A stretch of 64,000 bases of DNA from an uncultured bacterium (GCA_963807165.1 CAWDZM010000001.1:119963-183962), one strand, 5' to 3'; positions 7,699-17,452 are shown, counted from the first letter of the stretch. The notes: a model not told the origin generated them from the sequence alone. Made by a program: numbers and translations.

Positions 7699-9338
7699 TT
7701 GTCGCATTCCTTCTTGCGGCTTTTACTTATGTAGGATTTCATCTTTATCAATTACAACTGGTGAAGGGAGGATATTATTACGCCCAGGCCGAATCCGAGC
7801 AATCGGCGTCCGCGAGTAATAACGCCGACCGTGGCGCTATTTATTTTACTGATAACAACGGCAACACCCTGCCGGCAGCGATCGATCAGCCATTCCCCAT
7901 CATCTACGCGGTGCCGACCGCGGTAAAAAATCCGGCAACGACGGCGGCGACGTTCGCTCCGATATTAAATATGCCGGTGGCAAAGCTGAAAGCGATTTTT
8001 TCCCGTCCCGGTGATCAATATGAACTTTTAGTAAACAAAGCCGATCCGGCGGTGGCGCAGAAAGTGACGTCGCTCAACATCCCTGGCGTGTATACCGAGC
8101 TTGAGCCGGAGCGATTCTATCCGCTCTCGACCGTTGCATCGCAGGTGCTCGGATATGTCGGGCCGAATGCGTCGAACACCGGCGAGAGCGGGCACTATGG
8201 CTTAGAAGGATATTACAATAGTTTACTCGAAGGAAATTCTTCGACCGGCGGTGCGGGCGGATCGGATCTGACCGTCACAATCGATCCAAATATTCAGATC
8301 GAGGCGGAGAAGATTTTGGATAATTTGGTTTCGACGACCGGCGCAACCGGCGGTGATGTGATGGTGATGGATCCGAAAACGGGGAAAATTTTGGCGATGG
8401 GAAGCACGCCGAGCTTTGATCCCAATAACTATAACGAATCGCCGATCTCTGATTTTTTGAATACTGACGTGCAGGGTGTGTACGAGCCGGGATCCATTAT
8501 GAAGGTTATCACGATGGCAGCGGGCATTGATTCGGGAAAAATCACGCCGGATACGACGTATGATGATAAAGGATATGTAAATATCAATCATGCACGGATC
8601 ACAAACTATAACCTGACGACGGAAGGCGCGTATGGCGCCGATACTACGATGACGGAGGTGATTGAACATTCGATCAACACCGGTGCCATCTGGGCGGAGA
8701 ACGCCACGGGCAATGATATCTATCTCAGCTATTTGAAGAAATTTGGGCTTGGCGAAAAGACGGGGATCGATCTTCCGGGCGAGGTTTCAGGAAACTTGAG
8801 CCAGCTCCAGCCCAACGCGCCGCAGATTGATTGGGACACGGCCGCGTACGGACAGGGCGTTGCGGTAACACCGGTGGAGCTCGTGAGCGCAATCAGTGCG
8901 ATCGCGAATGGGGGCGTGCTCATGCGGCCGTATCTGAATGCATCGTTGCAACCGCAGGAAATCCGGCGCGTGATCAGTTCCAGTACAGCCCAACAGGTGA
9001 CGCAGATGATGGTGGACGCGGTGGACCTCGCGCAGGTGGCGGAGATCAATGGCTACAGCATGGCGGGCAAGACGGGCAGTGCGTATATGCCGAATCCTGC
9101 AGGCGGCGGATATTTGAACGAGCTTACGGATTCATATATCGGTTTTGGGCCGACGTCGAATCCAAAGTTTGTGGCGTTCATTCGCCTGAATACTATTCCA
9201 GTGACTTCGCTCGCGGCAGAAACGGTGGTGCCGGCATGGAATCAGCTCGCGCAATGGATCGTCAATTATTACAACATTGCACCCGATCGGACGACCACAG
9301 ACGTCATTCCAAATTGTAAAAACCTGACATGCCCCTAA
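7677..9338 (+). CDS. ftsI: penicillin-binding protein 2/3 (transpeptidase FtsI)
   Basis: N-terminal TM helix; SIMK (SxxK), HSINTG (SxN) and AGKTGSA (KTG) motifs. Confidence 0.85.
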   Translation: MAYRFTIIVAFLLAAFTYVGFHLYQLQLVKGGYYYAQAESEQSASASNNADRGAIYFTDNNGNTLPAAIDQPFPIIYAVPTAVKNPATTAATFAPILNMPVAKLKAIFSRPGDQYELLVNKADPAVAQKVTSLNIPGVYTELEPERFYPLSTVASQVLGYVGPNASNTGESGHYGLEGYYNSLLEGNSSTGGAGGSDLTVTIDPNIQIEAEKILDNLVSTTGATGGDVMVMDPKTGKILAMGSTPSFDPNNYNESPISDFLNTDVQGVYEPGSIMKVITMAAGIDSGKITPDTTYDDKGYVNINHARITNYNLTTEGAYGADTTMTEVIEHSINTGAIWAENATGNDIYLSYLKKFGLGEKTGIDLPGEVSGNLSQLQPNAPQIDWDTAAYGQGVAVTPVELVSAISAIANGGVLMRPYLNASLQPQEIRRVISSSTAQQVTQMMVDAVDLAQVAEINGYSMAGKTGSAYMPNPAGGGYLNELTDSYIGFGPTSNPKFVAFIRLNTIPVTSLAAETVVPAWNQLAQWIVNYYNIAPDRTTTDVIPNCKNLTCP

Positions 9339-10624
9339 AAATTTTAAAGAAAACATTGCGGAAGCTCGCGCGGCTGACGATCTGGCGCTATCGCCCGGCA
9401 ATCATCGGCGTGACGGGCAGTGCGGGAAAGACCTCCGCAAAGCTTGCGATCAAAGCCGTGCTGGAGCGCGATCGGCGCATTCGCACCTCGTTCGGCAATT
9501 TGAACAGCGACCTCGGCGTGCCACTCACCATCCTTGGCGATTGGAGCGCGGACGATCTGGCGCTCGTCAGCCGCGCGACGCCGCGTGGGACAAAAAAATT
9601 TCAAAAAATAGGATTTTGGATAAAGGTCATCATATTATCGACATGGCGGATTATTTTTGCATCGCGCGGCAGCTATCCGGAATTATTGATCTTGGAATAC
9701 GGCGCGGATCGTCCGGGCGACATTAAATATTTATTAAGCATCGCACGGCCGAACATCAGTGTGATCACCGCCATCGGCGACATTCCGGTGCACGTGGAAT
9801 TCTATGGCGGCCCGGATGAGGTCGCGCGGGAAAAGGGGAGGCTCATCGAATATCTTCCCGCCGGCGGCTTTGCTATATTGAACGGCGATGATGATGTGGT
9901 GATGAATTTGCAATCGCGCACGCGCGCACGCGTGATGACGTTCGGGTTTGATAAGAGCTGTGAGGTGCGGATCTCGCGCTTTGAAAATAAATTGAAGGAC
10001 GGCCAGCCGTCAGGTATTTCCTTCAAGCTGGAGCACGGCAGTGCGATCGTGCCGGTGCGGATCGACAACGTCTTTGGTCGCGCACACGCGTACGCCGCAG
10101 GCGCGGCGGCGGCGATCGGCCTCGCGTTCGGCATGAACCTGGTGGCGATCTCGGAAGCGCTCGCACAATACGCGCCGCCGGAATCGCGCATGCAGCTTTT
10201 GCCCGGCATCAAATACACTTCCATCATTGACGACTCGTATAACGCGAGCGTGATCGCAATGCGCTCAGCGCTCGAAACCCTCGCAGCGCTTCCGGCAAAG
10301 CGAAAGATTGCGGTGTTGGGTGATATGCTAGAGATCGGCAAGTATACGGTGGAGGCACACGAGATGCTCGGTCGCATGGCGGCAAAGGATGCGGATGTGC
10401 TCTTTACCGTCGGTCCGCGCGCAAAGTTCATCGCCGAATCAGCGCGCGAAGCGGGCATGAAGCGCGCGGTGATATTCTCCTTCGACACCGCGAGCGAGGC
10501 GATAAAACCAGTGAAGGATTTTATAAAGAAAGGGGATTTAATATTGCTAAAGGGATCGCACTCAATGGAGCTGAATAAGATCGTGGAAGAGATTCGGGAT
10601 CAAACGCCGCGGGTTATGCAGTAG
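9329..10624 (+). CDS. murF: Mur ligase family protein, MurF-like (UDP-MurNAc-tripeptide--D-Ala-D-Ala ligase); N-terminal domain short
   Basis: P-loop IIGVTGSAGKTS near the N-terminus; Mur ligase central and C-terminal domains (ILNGDD, DDSYNAS, LGDMLELG); position after ftsI. Confidence 0.55.
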   Translation: MPLKILKKTLRKLARLTIWRYRPAIIGVTGSAGKTSAKLAIKAVLERDRRIRTSFGNLNSDLGVPLTILGDWSADDLALVSRATPRGTKKFQKIGFWIKVIILSTWRIIFASRGSYPELLILEYGADRPGDIKYLLSIARPNISVITAIGDIPVHVEFYGGPDEVAREKGRLIEYLPAGGFAILNGDDDVVMNLQSRTRARVMTFGFDKSCEVRISRFENKLKDGQPSGISFKLEHGSAIVPVRIDNVFGRAHAYAAGAAAAIGLAFGMNLVAISEALAQYAPPESRMQLLPGIKYTSIIDDSYNASVIAMRSALETLAALPAKRKIAVLGDMLEIGKYTVEAHEMLGRMAAKDADVLFTVGPRAKFIAESAREAGMKRAVIFSFDTASEAIKPVKDFIKKGDLILLKGSHSMELNKIVEEIRDQTPRVMQ

Positions 10625-10686
10625 CGGGAAACCAAAACCTTGCGGTGCAGCGCTTTTCTCTTTATAATCTCTTCGGTAAGCCATAT

Positions 10687-10761
10687 GCCATCATCGTCTA
10701 GCCTGGTCTAGGACATCGCCCTCTCACGGCGGGAACTCGGGTTCGAATCCCGATGGTGGTA
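10687..10761 (+). tRNA. tRNA-Glu(CTC)
   Basis: Acceptor GCCATCA/TGGTGGT (two G-U pairs), D-arm GTCTAGCCTGGTCTAGGAC, anticodon stem TCGCC/GGCGG with loop CTCTCAC, T-arm TCGGGTTCGAATCCCGA. Confidence 0.75.
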
Positions 10762-10914
10762 CACCGAATCGATGTAGCAAAACAAAGGCATAGAGAAGGG
10801 AATCATAAACGGATTTGAACTTTTACTATTCGTTCGAATTCAGTCCAACGCACTACGCTTTACAATCGTTATAATATTGTTTATGCTACGACCAGCATGA
10901 AGCCCTGAAGCAGG

Positions 10915-11358
10915 ATGCTTCGGATCTCAACCACAACCAACACCCACTTCACCAGGATGGTGAAAGGAGGATTTATGTCGCTAGTTCATAACATGAACGA
11001 TCGCGTCCCCGGTGCCATTCAGGCATTGGCCGAACTCCACAAGGCTGGATTCATTGAAGATGTGGCATACTATCGCTACGCCATATCCAGTCCGCTGAAA
11101 TACGGGGGCATATCCTATGAGAGCGTAATGCTCTCGCGCAGCAAAAAACTAAAACTTCCACGTGATTGCTACGCCGATCCATCAATGCTTTTCGACGAGA
11201 TCGAGATTATTGTATGGAAAGACCTACGCGGCATTGTGCCGGTAGCGCCTAGTGGACGGCGGCTTACGCTCATCTCGATAATGATTGCAACGATGATGCC
11301 CGAAAAGCCCTGTTTTTGTTTCATATTGTTATTATATCAGCTTATCGGCAAAACTTGA
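10915..11358 (+). CDS. hypothetical protein (start uncertain, possibly Met at 10975)
   Basis: ORF only; C-terminal hydrophobic segment. Confidence 0.3.
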   Translation: MLRISTTTNTHFTRMVKGGFMSLVHNMNDRVPGAIQALAELHKAGFIEDVAYYRYAISSPLKYGGISYESVMLSRSKKLKLPRDCYADPSMLFDEIEIIVWKDLRGIVPVAPSGRRLTLISIMIATMMPEKPCFCFILLLYQLIGKT

Positions 11359-11453
11359 CATTTTAATAGCTTTAATGTTATTATGCACCCATTATATAAG
11401 AGGGTCGAAAGGTTGGCTAGGCGCATATAAAAGCAAAAAATAAAAAAATAATT

Positions 11454-13214
11454 ATGAAAAAAATAATCGCAGCTGGTTCGATGTTGGTGTTCGCGTTGGG
11501 AGTTTTTGTTTCTGCGGTGCCGCAGGCATTAGCTGGGGAGTCGGGAACGCTTTCTTCTTTGACGGTATCGGCAGGAACTTTAACGCCAACGTTCGATCCG
11601 GCAATATTTTCATATACCGATGTTCTGCCGTATAACACCACCGTCGTTCCGACGGTATCGGCGTCTACCACTTCTGTTGATGCTACTGAGGTAATTACCC
11701 AAGCTACTAATACTACCGGATCGGCTACGGTTGTAGTGTCGGATACCAGTTCAACTCAAAACTCAACAACCTATACCGTCACTTTTTCACTCGCGCCGAT
11801 ACCGGCACCGGTGTGGAGTGCATCGGCTGATCTGGTGACTGGAGACGTAGTGAGTGGCGGGGGAACAACCCAGCTGACGTCGGCGTTCACGATGCCAGCA
11901 GGTGGTACATATGTGCAAATTCAGACTCCGTCGGCAAATCCTTTTTCCGTTCCGACGGCAAATGCGCTCGTTCCTTTCGTGTTGACCTCTACGGGCGGCG
12001 TTGACCTTGCTTCATACTATAAAGCTACCTATCCGGAAACGGATTGGACGACGGGTTGGGGTCAATACTTTATGAATACGCTTCCGACTGCCGGTGCAAG
12101 CCAGACCGCGATGTTCTACATCGTGAATGGCGGAACGCATTCGGTACAGAGCGGCCCACAGCGTTTTAAAGGAGTGACGGCTCCTCTGTTTCTCCCTGGC
12201 GATCTTCCTTCGGGAACTTATACCGTGGCCGGTGATGTGAATGGAACAACCCTCACGGTTACCTTCATTATTAACAATCCAAATGGATGGACTGCTCCGG
12301 TGAATCCGGTAACGCCAACCTCCACAGCGTCATCTACGCCTTCTTCTACTCCATCATCCACTATATATACATTGAATTATGGAACCGACGGTAATGGCAC
12401 GATCACGGGAAGTTCTACGCAAAACGTAGCTTCTGGCACTGACGGATCAGCAGTGACCGCCATGCCAAACGATGGCTTTCAGTTCGCAAGCTGGAGCGAT
12501 AGCTCGACCGCGAATCCTCGAACCGATACGGATGTAACGAGTAGTATCTCCGTCGTTGCGGATTTCTCTTCAATTCCGGTCACGCCGATCCCTAATATTG
12601 TGACAGGCGGTGGCGGAGGCGGCGGGGGAGGTGGTGGTAGTTTTAGTAGTTTTGGCGGCGGTGGTGCATATCCTTACACCATCCTAATTGATGGCGGTGC
12701 GACGACCACAACGTCATCCAACGTAACGCTCACGCTTGGTACTATCAGCACTGCGGCGGGAAATAATACGATGTGGATCTCGAACGATCCGAGCTTTGCC
12801 ACTTCGACCGGCACGGGATGGATTCCATTCCAAAAAAACTACCCGTGGATTTTAAACACGGTGCCAGCTGGCGTTCCTCGGACGGTCTATGTCCGGTTTG
12901 GCGTTACGAGTACTTCAACCCCAGTAGGATCCGCCCAGGCGAATATTTTCCTCGTAAACAATCAGGGTCAGGTCCTCGGTGCTTCGGCGTTTAACTTTAA
13001 CGTTAATCTTCACTTCGGCATATGTAGCAGCGACGTGATCCAGCTTCAAGATCGGCTTACGCAGGAAGGTTTGTATAGTGGTCCGATCACTGGTTGCTTT
13101 GGTCGGTTGACGCTTGCCGCGGTCAAGGCGTATCAGAAAAAATACGGAATTTCTGCCACGGGTTTTGTTGGTCCGTTGACCAGGGCGCAATTGAACAAAA
13201 TAAACGGCATATAG
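11454..13214 (+). CDS. secreted cell-surface protein: signal peptide, Thr/Ser-rich region, divergent InlB B-repeat-like segment, poly-Gly linker, C-terminal peptidoglycan-binding domain
   Basis: MKKIIAAGSMLVFALGVFVSAVPQALA signal; YTLNYGTDGNGTITG...FQFASWSDSSTANPRTDTDVTSSISVVADF repeat; GGGGGGGGGGGSFSSFGGGG; C-terminal LQDRLTQEGLYSGPITGCFGRLTLAAVKAYQKKYGISATGFVGPLT (PG_binding_1-like). Confidence 0.7.
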   Translation: MKKIIAAGSMLVFALGVFVSAVPQALAGESGTLSSLTVSAGTLTPTFDPAIFSYTDVLPYNTTVVPTVSASTTSVDATEVITQATNTTGSATVVVSDTSSTQNSTTYTVTFSLAPIPAPVWSASADLVTGDVVSGGGTTQLTSAFTMPAGGTYVQIQTPSANPFSVPTANALVPFVLTSTGGVDLASYYKATYPETDWTTGWGQYFMNTLPTAGASQTAMFYIVNGGTHSVQSGPQRFKGVTAPLFLPGDLPSGTYTVAGDVNGTTLTVTFIINNPNGWTAPVNPVTPTSTASSTPSSTPSSTIYTLNYGTDGNGTITGSSTQNVASGTDGSAVTAMPNDGFQFASWSDSSTANPRTDTDVTSSISVVADFSSIPVTPIPNIVTGGGGGGGGGGGSFSSFGGGGAYPYTILIDGGATTTTSSNVTLTLGTISTAAGNNTMWISNDPSFATSTGTGWIPFQKNYPWILNTVPAGVPRTVYVRFGVTSTSTPVGSAQANIFLVNNQGQVLGASAFNFNVNLHFGICSSDVIQLQDRLTQEGLYSGPITGCFGRLTLAAVKAYQKKYGISATGFVGPLTRAQLNKINGI

Positions 13215-13235
13215 GTTCTGTGGTAAAATTGCCCT

Positions 13236-14000
13236 ATGGGCAAGTTGATAGTGGCGAACTGGAAGGAGCATCCAAAGACGGCGGCGCACGCGCTTACGCT
13301 TTTTAAGGCTGTGGCAAAGACGCCACGCGCGAGTGGCGGCGAAGTGGTGGTCTGCCCACCGTTCATCTACTTAGAAGAAGTGGCACGCGAGTTCAAGCGT
13401 ATGCCGGTCGCCGCTCGCGCGCGCCTCGCGCTTGGCGCACAGGATGTGTTTTGGGAAGACGCGGGCGCGTATACCGGCGAAGTTGGTCCCGCGATGCTGC
13501 GCTCGCTCGGTGCAAAGTACGTGATCATTGGTCACTCGGAGCGCCGCCGGTTCGAAAAGGAAACGGATGCGATGATCAATAAAAAGATCGCGCTCGCCGC
13601 CCACGACGGCCTGAAAATAATTTTGTGCGTTGGCGAACCGCTTTCGGTGCGCGAGAAGGGAGCAGAGATCGCAAAGAAGTTCGTGGCACAACAGCTAGCG
13701 AAGGATTTAAATAATATTTCATTAAAAAAACCTGGGGATTTTTACGTTGCATACGAACCGATATGGGCGATCGGCACGGGGAAGAACGACACGCCGGAGG
13801 ATGCGCGCGAGATGGCGATGTTCATTAAATCTCTATTAAAGAAAACCAAGCGTATTTCGCCAAAATTTCTTTACGGCGGTTCGGTGAATGGCAGGAACGC
13901 GCGCGATTATGTACAATTGGATGTAATAGATGGGGCGCTCGTGGGAGGCGCGAGTCTCAAGGCCGATGAGTTCAAAAAAATAATTAATACTATCAAATAA
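13236..14000 (+). CDS. tpiA: triosephosphate isomerase
   Basis: LIVANWKEHPKT, IIGHSERRR (GHSERR signature), AYEPIWAIGTGK. Confidence 0.9.
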   Translation: MGKLIVANWKEHPKTAAHALTLFKAVAKTPRASGGEVVVCPPFIYLEEVAREFKRMPVAARARLALGAQDVFWEDAGAYTGEVGPAMLRSLGAKYVIIGHSERRRFEKETDAMINKKIALAAHDGLKIILCVGEPLSVREKGAEIAKKFVAQQLAKDLNNISLKKPGDFYVAYEPIWAIGTGKNDTPEDAREMAMFIKSLLKKTKRISPKFLYGGSVNGRNARDYVQLDVIDGALVGGASLKADEFKKIINTIK

Positions 14001-14005
14001 ATATT

Positions 14006-14770
14006 ATGAACGAATCAAAGTTTTGGTTTTGGGTGTTGTTGGATGCATTGTTGGCTTCAGTGATCATCGCACTTTTGGGAGTCGGCTTGCCGACGATGGT
14101 GCGATGGGCGGCATCGGTGCCTCCGGCGCGAACAATCATGGTGACGGCGCAGGGCAAGACGACGGCGACGCCTGATCTCGCAGAAATAACGTTCTCCGTG
14201 CTCTCGACGGGGCAAGATCCGCAGACGCTCGCGACGAACAATACCAGTAAGATGAATGCAGCGTTGCAGTTTTTGACGGCACAGAACATCGCGTCAAGCG
14301 ATATCACGACGACGGGCTATGACCTTGAGCCGACGTACAATTACAACAACACCATGCAGAGCAATACCATCACTGGCTATACGCTCACGCAGACGGTAAC
14401 GGTCAAGATTCACGATATTACGAATGTTGCGACGGTGCTCGGCGGCCTCGCCCCGCTTGGCGTGAATCAGATTGGTGGCGTCAACTTCACCTTCAATGAT
14501 CCAGATACCTTTCTGGCGGTCGCACGCATGGATGCGATGAACAAAGCGGAGGTAAAGGCGCAGCAGATGGCGTCCGAGGCGGGCGCATCGCTTGGCGAAG
14601 TGGTCAATGTTTCAGAGAACGGTGTGATTCCACAGCCGTATCCGATGGTCTACAATTCCCAGGCAAGCGGCGGTGTTGCTGCGCCCAGCATGGCCGTTTC
14701 CACTCCAAACATCCAGCCGGGCTCACAGGACGTGACGGATAACGTGACGATCACGTATGCGCTTCGCTAA
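14006..14770 (+). CDS. SIMPL-domain (DUF541) periplasmic protein
   Basis: N-terminal TM/signal; ITFSVLSTGQDPQTLATNNTSKMNAALQFL...GYTLTQTVTVKIHDI... resembles the SIMPL/26-kDa periplasmic immunogenic protein family. Confidence 0.6.
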   Translation: MNESKFWFWVLLDALLASVIIALLGVGLPTMVRWAASVPPARTIMVTAQGKTTATPDLAEITFSVLSTGQDPQTLATNNTSKMNAALQFLTAQNIASSDITTTGYDLEPTYNYNNTMQSNTITGYTLTQTVTVKIHDITNVATVLGGLAPLGVNQIGGVNFTFNDPDTFLAVARMDAMNKAEVKAQQMASEAGASLGEVVNVSENGVIPQPYPMVYNSQASGGVAAPSMAVSTPNIQPGSQDVTDNVTITYALR

Positions 14771-14788
14771 CATTTCATAACCACTCAT

Positions 14789-15394
14789 ATGACAAAAAAA
14801 GATCTTAGTGCGAGCCTTGTCATCGGCGCCGCGGTCGGTCTGCTCATTCAGCCGATCCTTGCGAACACGATCACGAGCATTCATCTGACGATCCTGACGC
14901 GCATCGGCATCTTCGTGTTCTTCTCTGTGTTCGCGCCGTTCGCGCTCTGGCTCTGTTCGCTGATCGCAAAGCTATGGAAGGCATTCTATCAGTTCGGCCA
15001 GTTCGCCGCGGTGGGAACGTTGAACAGTTTCATCGATATCGGCATCTTTAACCTGGAGACGTTCCTTTATGCCGCGCCGATCTCGACACCGATCTTCGCC
15101 GTGTTCAAAGCGATCTCGTTCCTGTGTGCTACCACAAACAGCTTTTTCTGGAACAAGAACTGGACCTTTGGTTCGACGGATAAAGTGAACGTGGGCGAGG
15201 TGACAGGATTCTACACGATTGCGCTCGTCGGATGGGGATTGAACGTCGCCATCGCGACGTTCGTAAAATCAGTCGGCCCAGAGACGAAGTTGTGGATAGA
15301 TATCGTCGCGCCGGTTTCCGGAATTCTCGTCACTTTCATCTGGAACTTCGTGGGATACAAGTACTTCGTGTTCAAGAAAAAAATAACGGTGTAA
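14789..15394 (+). CDS. GtrA-family membrane protein
   Basis: Multi-TM; FAAVGTLNSFIDIGIFN...NKNWTFG...NFVGYKYFVF, the GtrA signature. Confidence 0.65.
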   Translation: MTKKDLSASLVIGAAVGLLIQPILANTITSIHLTILTRIGIFVFFSVFAPFALWLCSLIAKLWKAFYQFGQFAAVGTLNSFIDIGIFNLETFLYAAPISTPIFAVFKAISFLCATTNSFFWNKNWTFGSTDKVNVGEVTGFYTIALVGWGLNVAIATFVKSVGPETKLWIDIVAPVSGILVTFIWNFVGYKYFVFKKKITV

Positions 15395-15398
15395 TTTT

Positions 15399-15480
15399 CC
15401 TGGAGGCACTACCACATCCTTTTCTGACCGTTGCGTCTGGGCACTAGATCAGAAAAGGATGTGGTAGTGCCTCCAGAGGA
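15399..15480. terminator. long perfect hairpin (28-bp stem) downstream of the gtrA-like gene
   Basis: ctggaggcactaccacatccttttctga / tcagaaaaggatgtggtagtgcctccag. Confidence 0.6.
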
Positions 15481-15519
15481 TACCCCTTGCTTTTTCTTAA
15501 ACAACTTGCTATAATACTC

Positions 15520-15617
15520 TCGAATGGGTGCGAGTATAGCTCAACGATGATATCGACTGAGCTATAACCCACACGATTCTGTTTGGCTAAGGCCGCCCGC
15601 AAGGGCGGTTTTAGTTT
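15520..15617 (+). ncRNA. candidate small RNA with its own -10 box and intrinsic terminator
   Basis: TATAAT at 15508-15513; internal inverted repeat gtatagctca/tgagctatac; ends with GCCGCCCgcaaGGGCGGTTTT; no ORF. Confidence 0.25.
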
Positions 15618-15619
15618 CG

Positions 15620-15718
15620 AAAACCTCTGATTTTTGGCTGCGCCTTCATTTTGCCTCGTCATCGTATGGAAATACGATTCCTCGGCAAAATTCGGCTCGC
15701 CTAAAAATCAGAGGTTTT
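15620..15718. repeat. 18-bp inverted repeat enclosing a structured ~63-nt loop
   Basis: aaacctctgatttttgg ... ccaaaaatcagaggttt arms. Confidence 0.4.
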
Positions 15719-15752
15719 ATATATTAGATAGATATATAACAATGCCTTTTGA

Positions 15753-15775
15753 TTTAATATATTTTTAATGTCGGT
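15753..15775 (+). promoter_or_regulatory. 23-nt motif TTTAATATATTTTTAATGTCGGT (identical copy at 23909..23931), 18 nt upstream of an ATG
   Basis: Exact 23/23 identity between the two sites; both are preceded by a long hairpin and followed at the same spacing by a start codon. Confidence 0.45.
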
Positions 15776-15792
15776 CTGCTATATTGCAGTGA

Positions 15793-15921
15793 TGGAATAT
15801 TATCCGATGCCAAGTTTATATAAAGAAGATACCCCGGAAGAAAGCTGGGAGGTAGTTATTGATGTTACCGAGATAGAAAAAGAAGGCATTACCATCACAG
15901 ATCTGCTCTCTCGTTTATAAT
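15793..15921 (+). CDS. hypothetical small protein (42 aa)
   Basis: MEYYPMPSLYKEDTPEESWEVVIDVTEIEKEGITITDLLSRL, located just downstream of the shared motif. Confidence 0.25.
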
Positions 15922-16102
15922 CGTTTTACCTTGCGATACCTATTTGCTATACTACTCATGGAGTGGCTGATTGAGCACTCGTTCAATACAAACAGAACCG
16001 GAGGTCACCACAGCCGCTCCGCCCAGCACTTTGAGCACGTTTGTTAGAGTCTTGGGCGGAGCGGTTTTTGTTTGCGAAAAATATCATCTAATCATTTTAT
16101 TA

Positions 16103-17074
16103 ATGCCACAATTTAAGGAGAACGTATCGTTGTCAAAGTTTAGTCATTACAAGATCGGCGGGCCAGCGCGGTTTTTTTTTGAGGCAAAGAGCGAAAAAGA
16201 TGTGGCATGGGCGGTGAAGGAGGCAAAGAAGCAGAAGCTCGCAGTGTTTGTTCTCGGCGGCGGAACAAATCTATTAATCAGCGATGCGGGCTTTGACGGA
16301 TTGGTTTTGCGTCCGGACATTCGCGACATCAAGATAAAAGGAACGTCAATTACCACTGGCGCTGGTGCGTCAATGGCAGATCTTTTAAGGGTTGCCGCGG
16401 CGCACTCGCTCGCTGGGCTTGAATGGGCAGGCGGCCTTCCCGGCACAGTTGGCGGTGCGGTGCGCGGCAATGCCGGATGTTTTGGGGGGGAGATAAAAGA
16501 TGGCATCATTTCGGTACGAAGCTTTGATACAAAGACGATGAAGTTCGTATTGCGCACTGTGCGTGCGTGTGCGTTTGGCTATCGCCACAGCATCTTCAAG
16601 AAAAAGAATGGCGCGGAGATCATCACGCAGGTAACGCTTTCGCTCGCAAAGGGAAATAAAAAAGAGATCGCGAAGGTAATAAAAGAAAGGATGCAATATC
16701 GCGCGGAGCATCATCCGATGGAACATCCGAATGTTGGGAGCATTTTTAAGAACGTTCCACTGCATGCGGTCCACGCGAAGGGGAGTGCAAAGTATGAAAA
16801 GGCATTGCGCGGTACGGCGCTCACGCTGCGCGGATCATCCTTCAGCGTCAAGACTGATCCATTCCCCGTTATCTCGAGCGCGAAGCTGATCTCCGAATCC
16901 GGTTTGCGCGGCGTGAGCGCCGGCGGCGCGATGATCTCGCCGAAGCATCCCAACTTCATCGTCAACGTGCTCGGTGCTCAGGCGTCGGACGTGCATTGTC
17001 TGATCACGCTCGCCAAGTCGTCGGTGTGGAAAAAGTTCGGCATCGCTTTAGAAGAAGAGATCCAACTGGTATAA
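16103..17074 (+). CDS. murB: UDP-N-acetylenolpyruvoylglucosamine reductase
   Basis: FAD-binding HYKIGGPARFFFEAKSEKDVAWAVKEAKKQKLAVFVLGGGTNLLISDAGFDGLVL...; start taken at MPQFKEN, since the longer ORF from 15971 adds a non-conserved N-terminus. Confidence 0.8.
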   Translation: MPQFKENVSLSKFSHYKIGGPARFFFEAKSEKDVAWAVKEAKKQKLAVFVLGGGTNLLISDAGFDGLVLRPDIRDIKIKGTSITTGAGASMADLLRVAAAHSLAGLEWAGGLPGTVGGAVRGNAGCFGGEIKDGIISVRSFDTKTMKFVLRTVRACAFGYRHSIFKKKNGAEIITQVTLSLAKGNKKEIAKVIKERMQYRAEHHPMEHPNVGSIFKNVPLHAVHAKGSAKYEKALRGTALTLRGSSFSVKTDPFPVISSAKLISESGLRGVSAGGAMISPKHPNFIVNVLGAQASDVHCLITLAKSSVWKKFGIALEEEIQLV

Positions 17075-17082
17075 TAAAAACA

Positions 17083-17418
17083 ATGAAAATAACCATAAAA
17101 GGAGGGCTGGATGTGACCCCGTCGCTTGAGACATATATAGAGGGAAAGCTGATGCCGCTTGCCAAATTAGTGAAGGTGTTCGACGCCGAAGGTGTGGTTG
17201 ATCTAACGCTGGAAGTATCTCGCACGTCGAATCATCACCGGAAAGGGGATGAGGTATTCAAGGCCGCCGCTGACCTCCGCTTGCCGGGAAAAATCTTACG
17301 CAGTGAATCATCCGCGTCGGATATCCGCAAAGCGATCGACGAAGTGCGTACTATGCTTCACATGGAAATAGAAAAATATAAATCAAAGCGTGCGGATTCC
17401 CCGCGTGGAAAAAAATAA
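17083..17418 (+). CDS. hpf: ribosome hibernation promoting factor / RaiA
   Basis: MKITIKGGLDVTPSLETYIEGKLMPLAKLVKVFDAEGVVDLTLEVSRTS... Confidence 0.8.
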   Translation: MKITIKGGLDVTPSLETYIEGKLMPLAKLVKVFDAEGVVDLTLEVSRTSNHHRKGDEVFKAAADLRLPGKILRSESSASDIRKAIDEVRTMLHMEIEKYKSKRADSPRGKK

Positions 17419-17419
17419 T

Positions 17420-17452
17420 CTTAAGCCGCACGACATCGTGCGGCTTTTAAAA
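17420..17452 (+). terminator. rho-independent terminator after hpf
   Basis: aagccgcacgacatcgtgcggctttt. Confidence 0.6.

Noticed and set aside
10780-10915. Possible tRNA-like fragment (GGATTTGAAC...TTCGAAT) downstream of tRNA-Glu
   Set aside because: I could not fold it into a cloverleaf with acceptor pairing; it is probably the promoter/UTR of the next gene
12590-12670. GGC/GGT repeat tract resembling a simple-sequence repeat
   Set aside because: It encodes the in-frame poly-Gly linker of the surface protein; not an intergenic repeat or CRISPR
15971-16102. N-terminal 44-aa extension of the murB ORF (start at 15971)
   Set aside because: The extension is non-conserved; the MurB homology begins at Met 16103, which has an AT-rich upstream region
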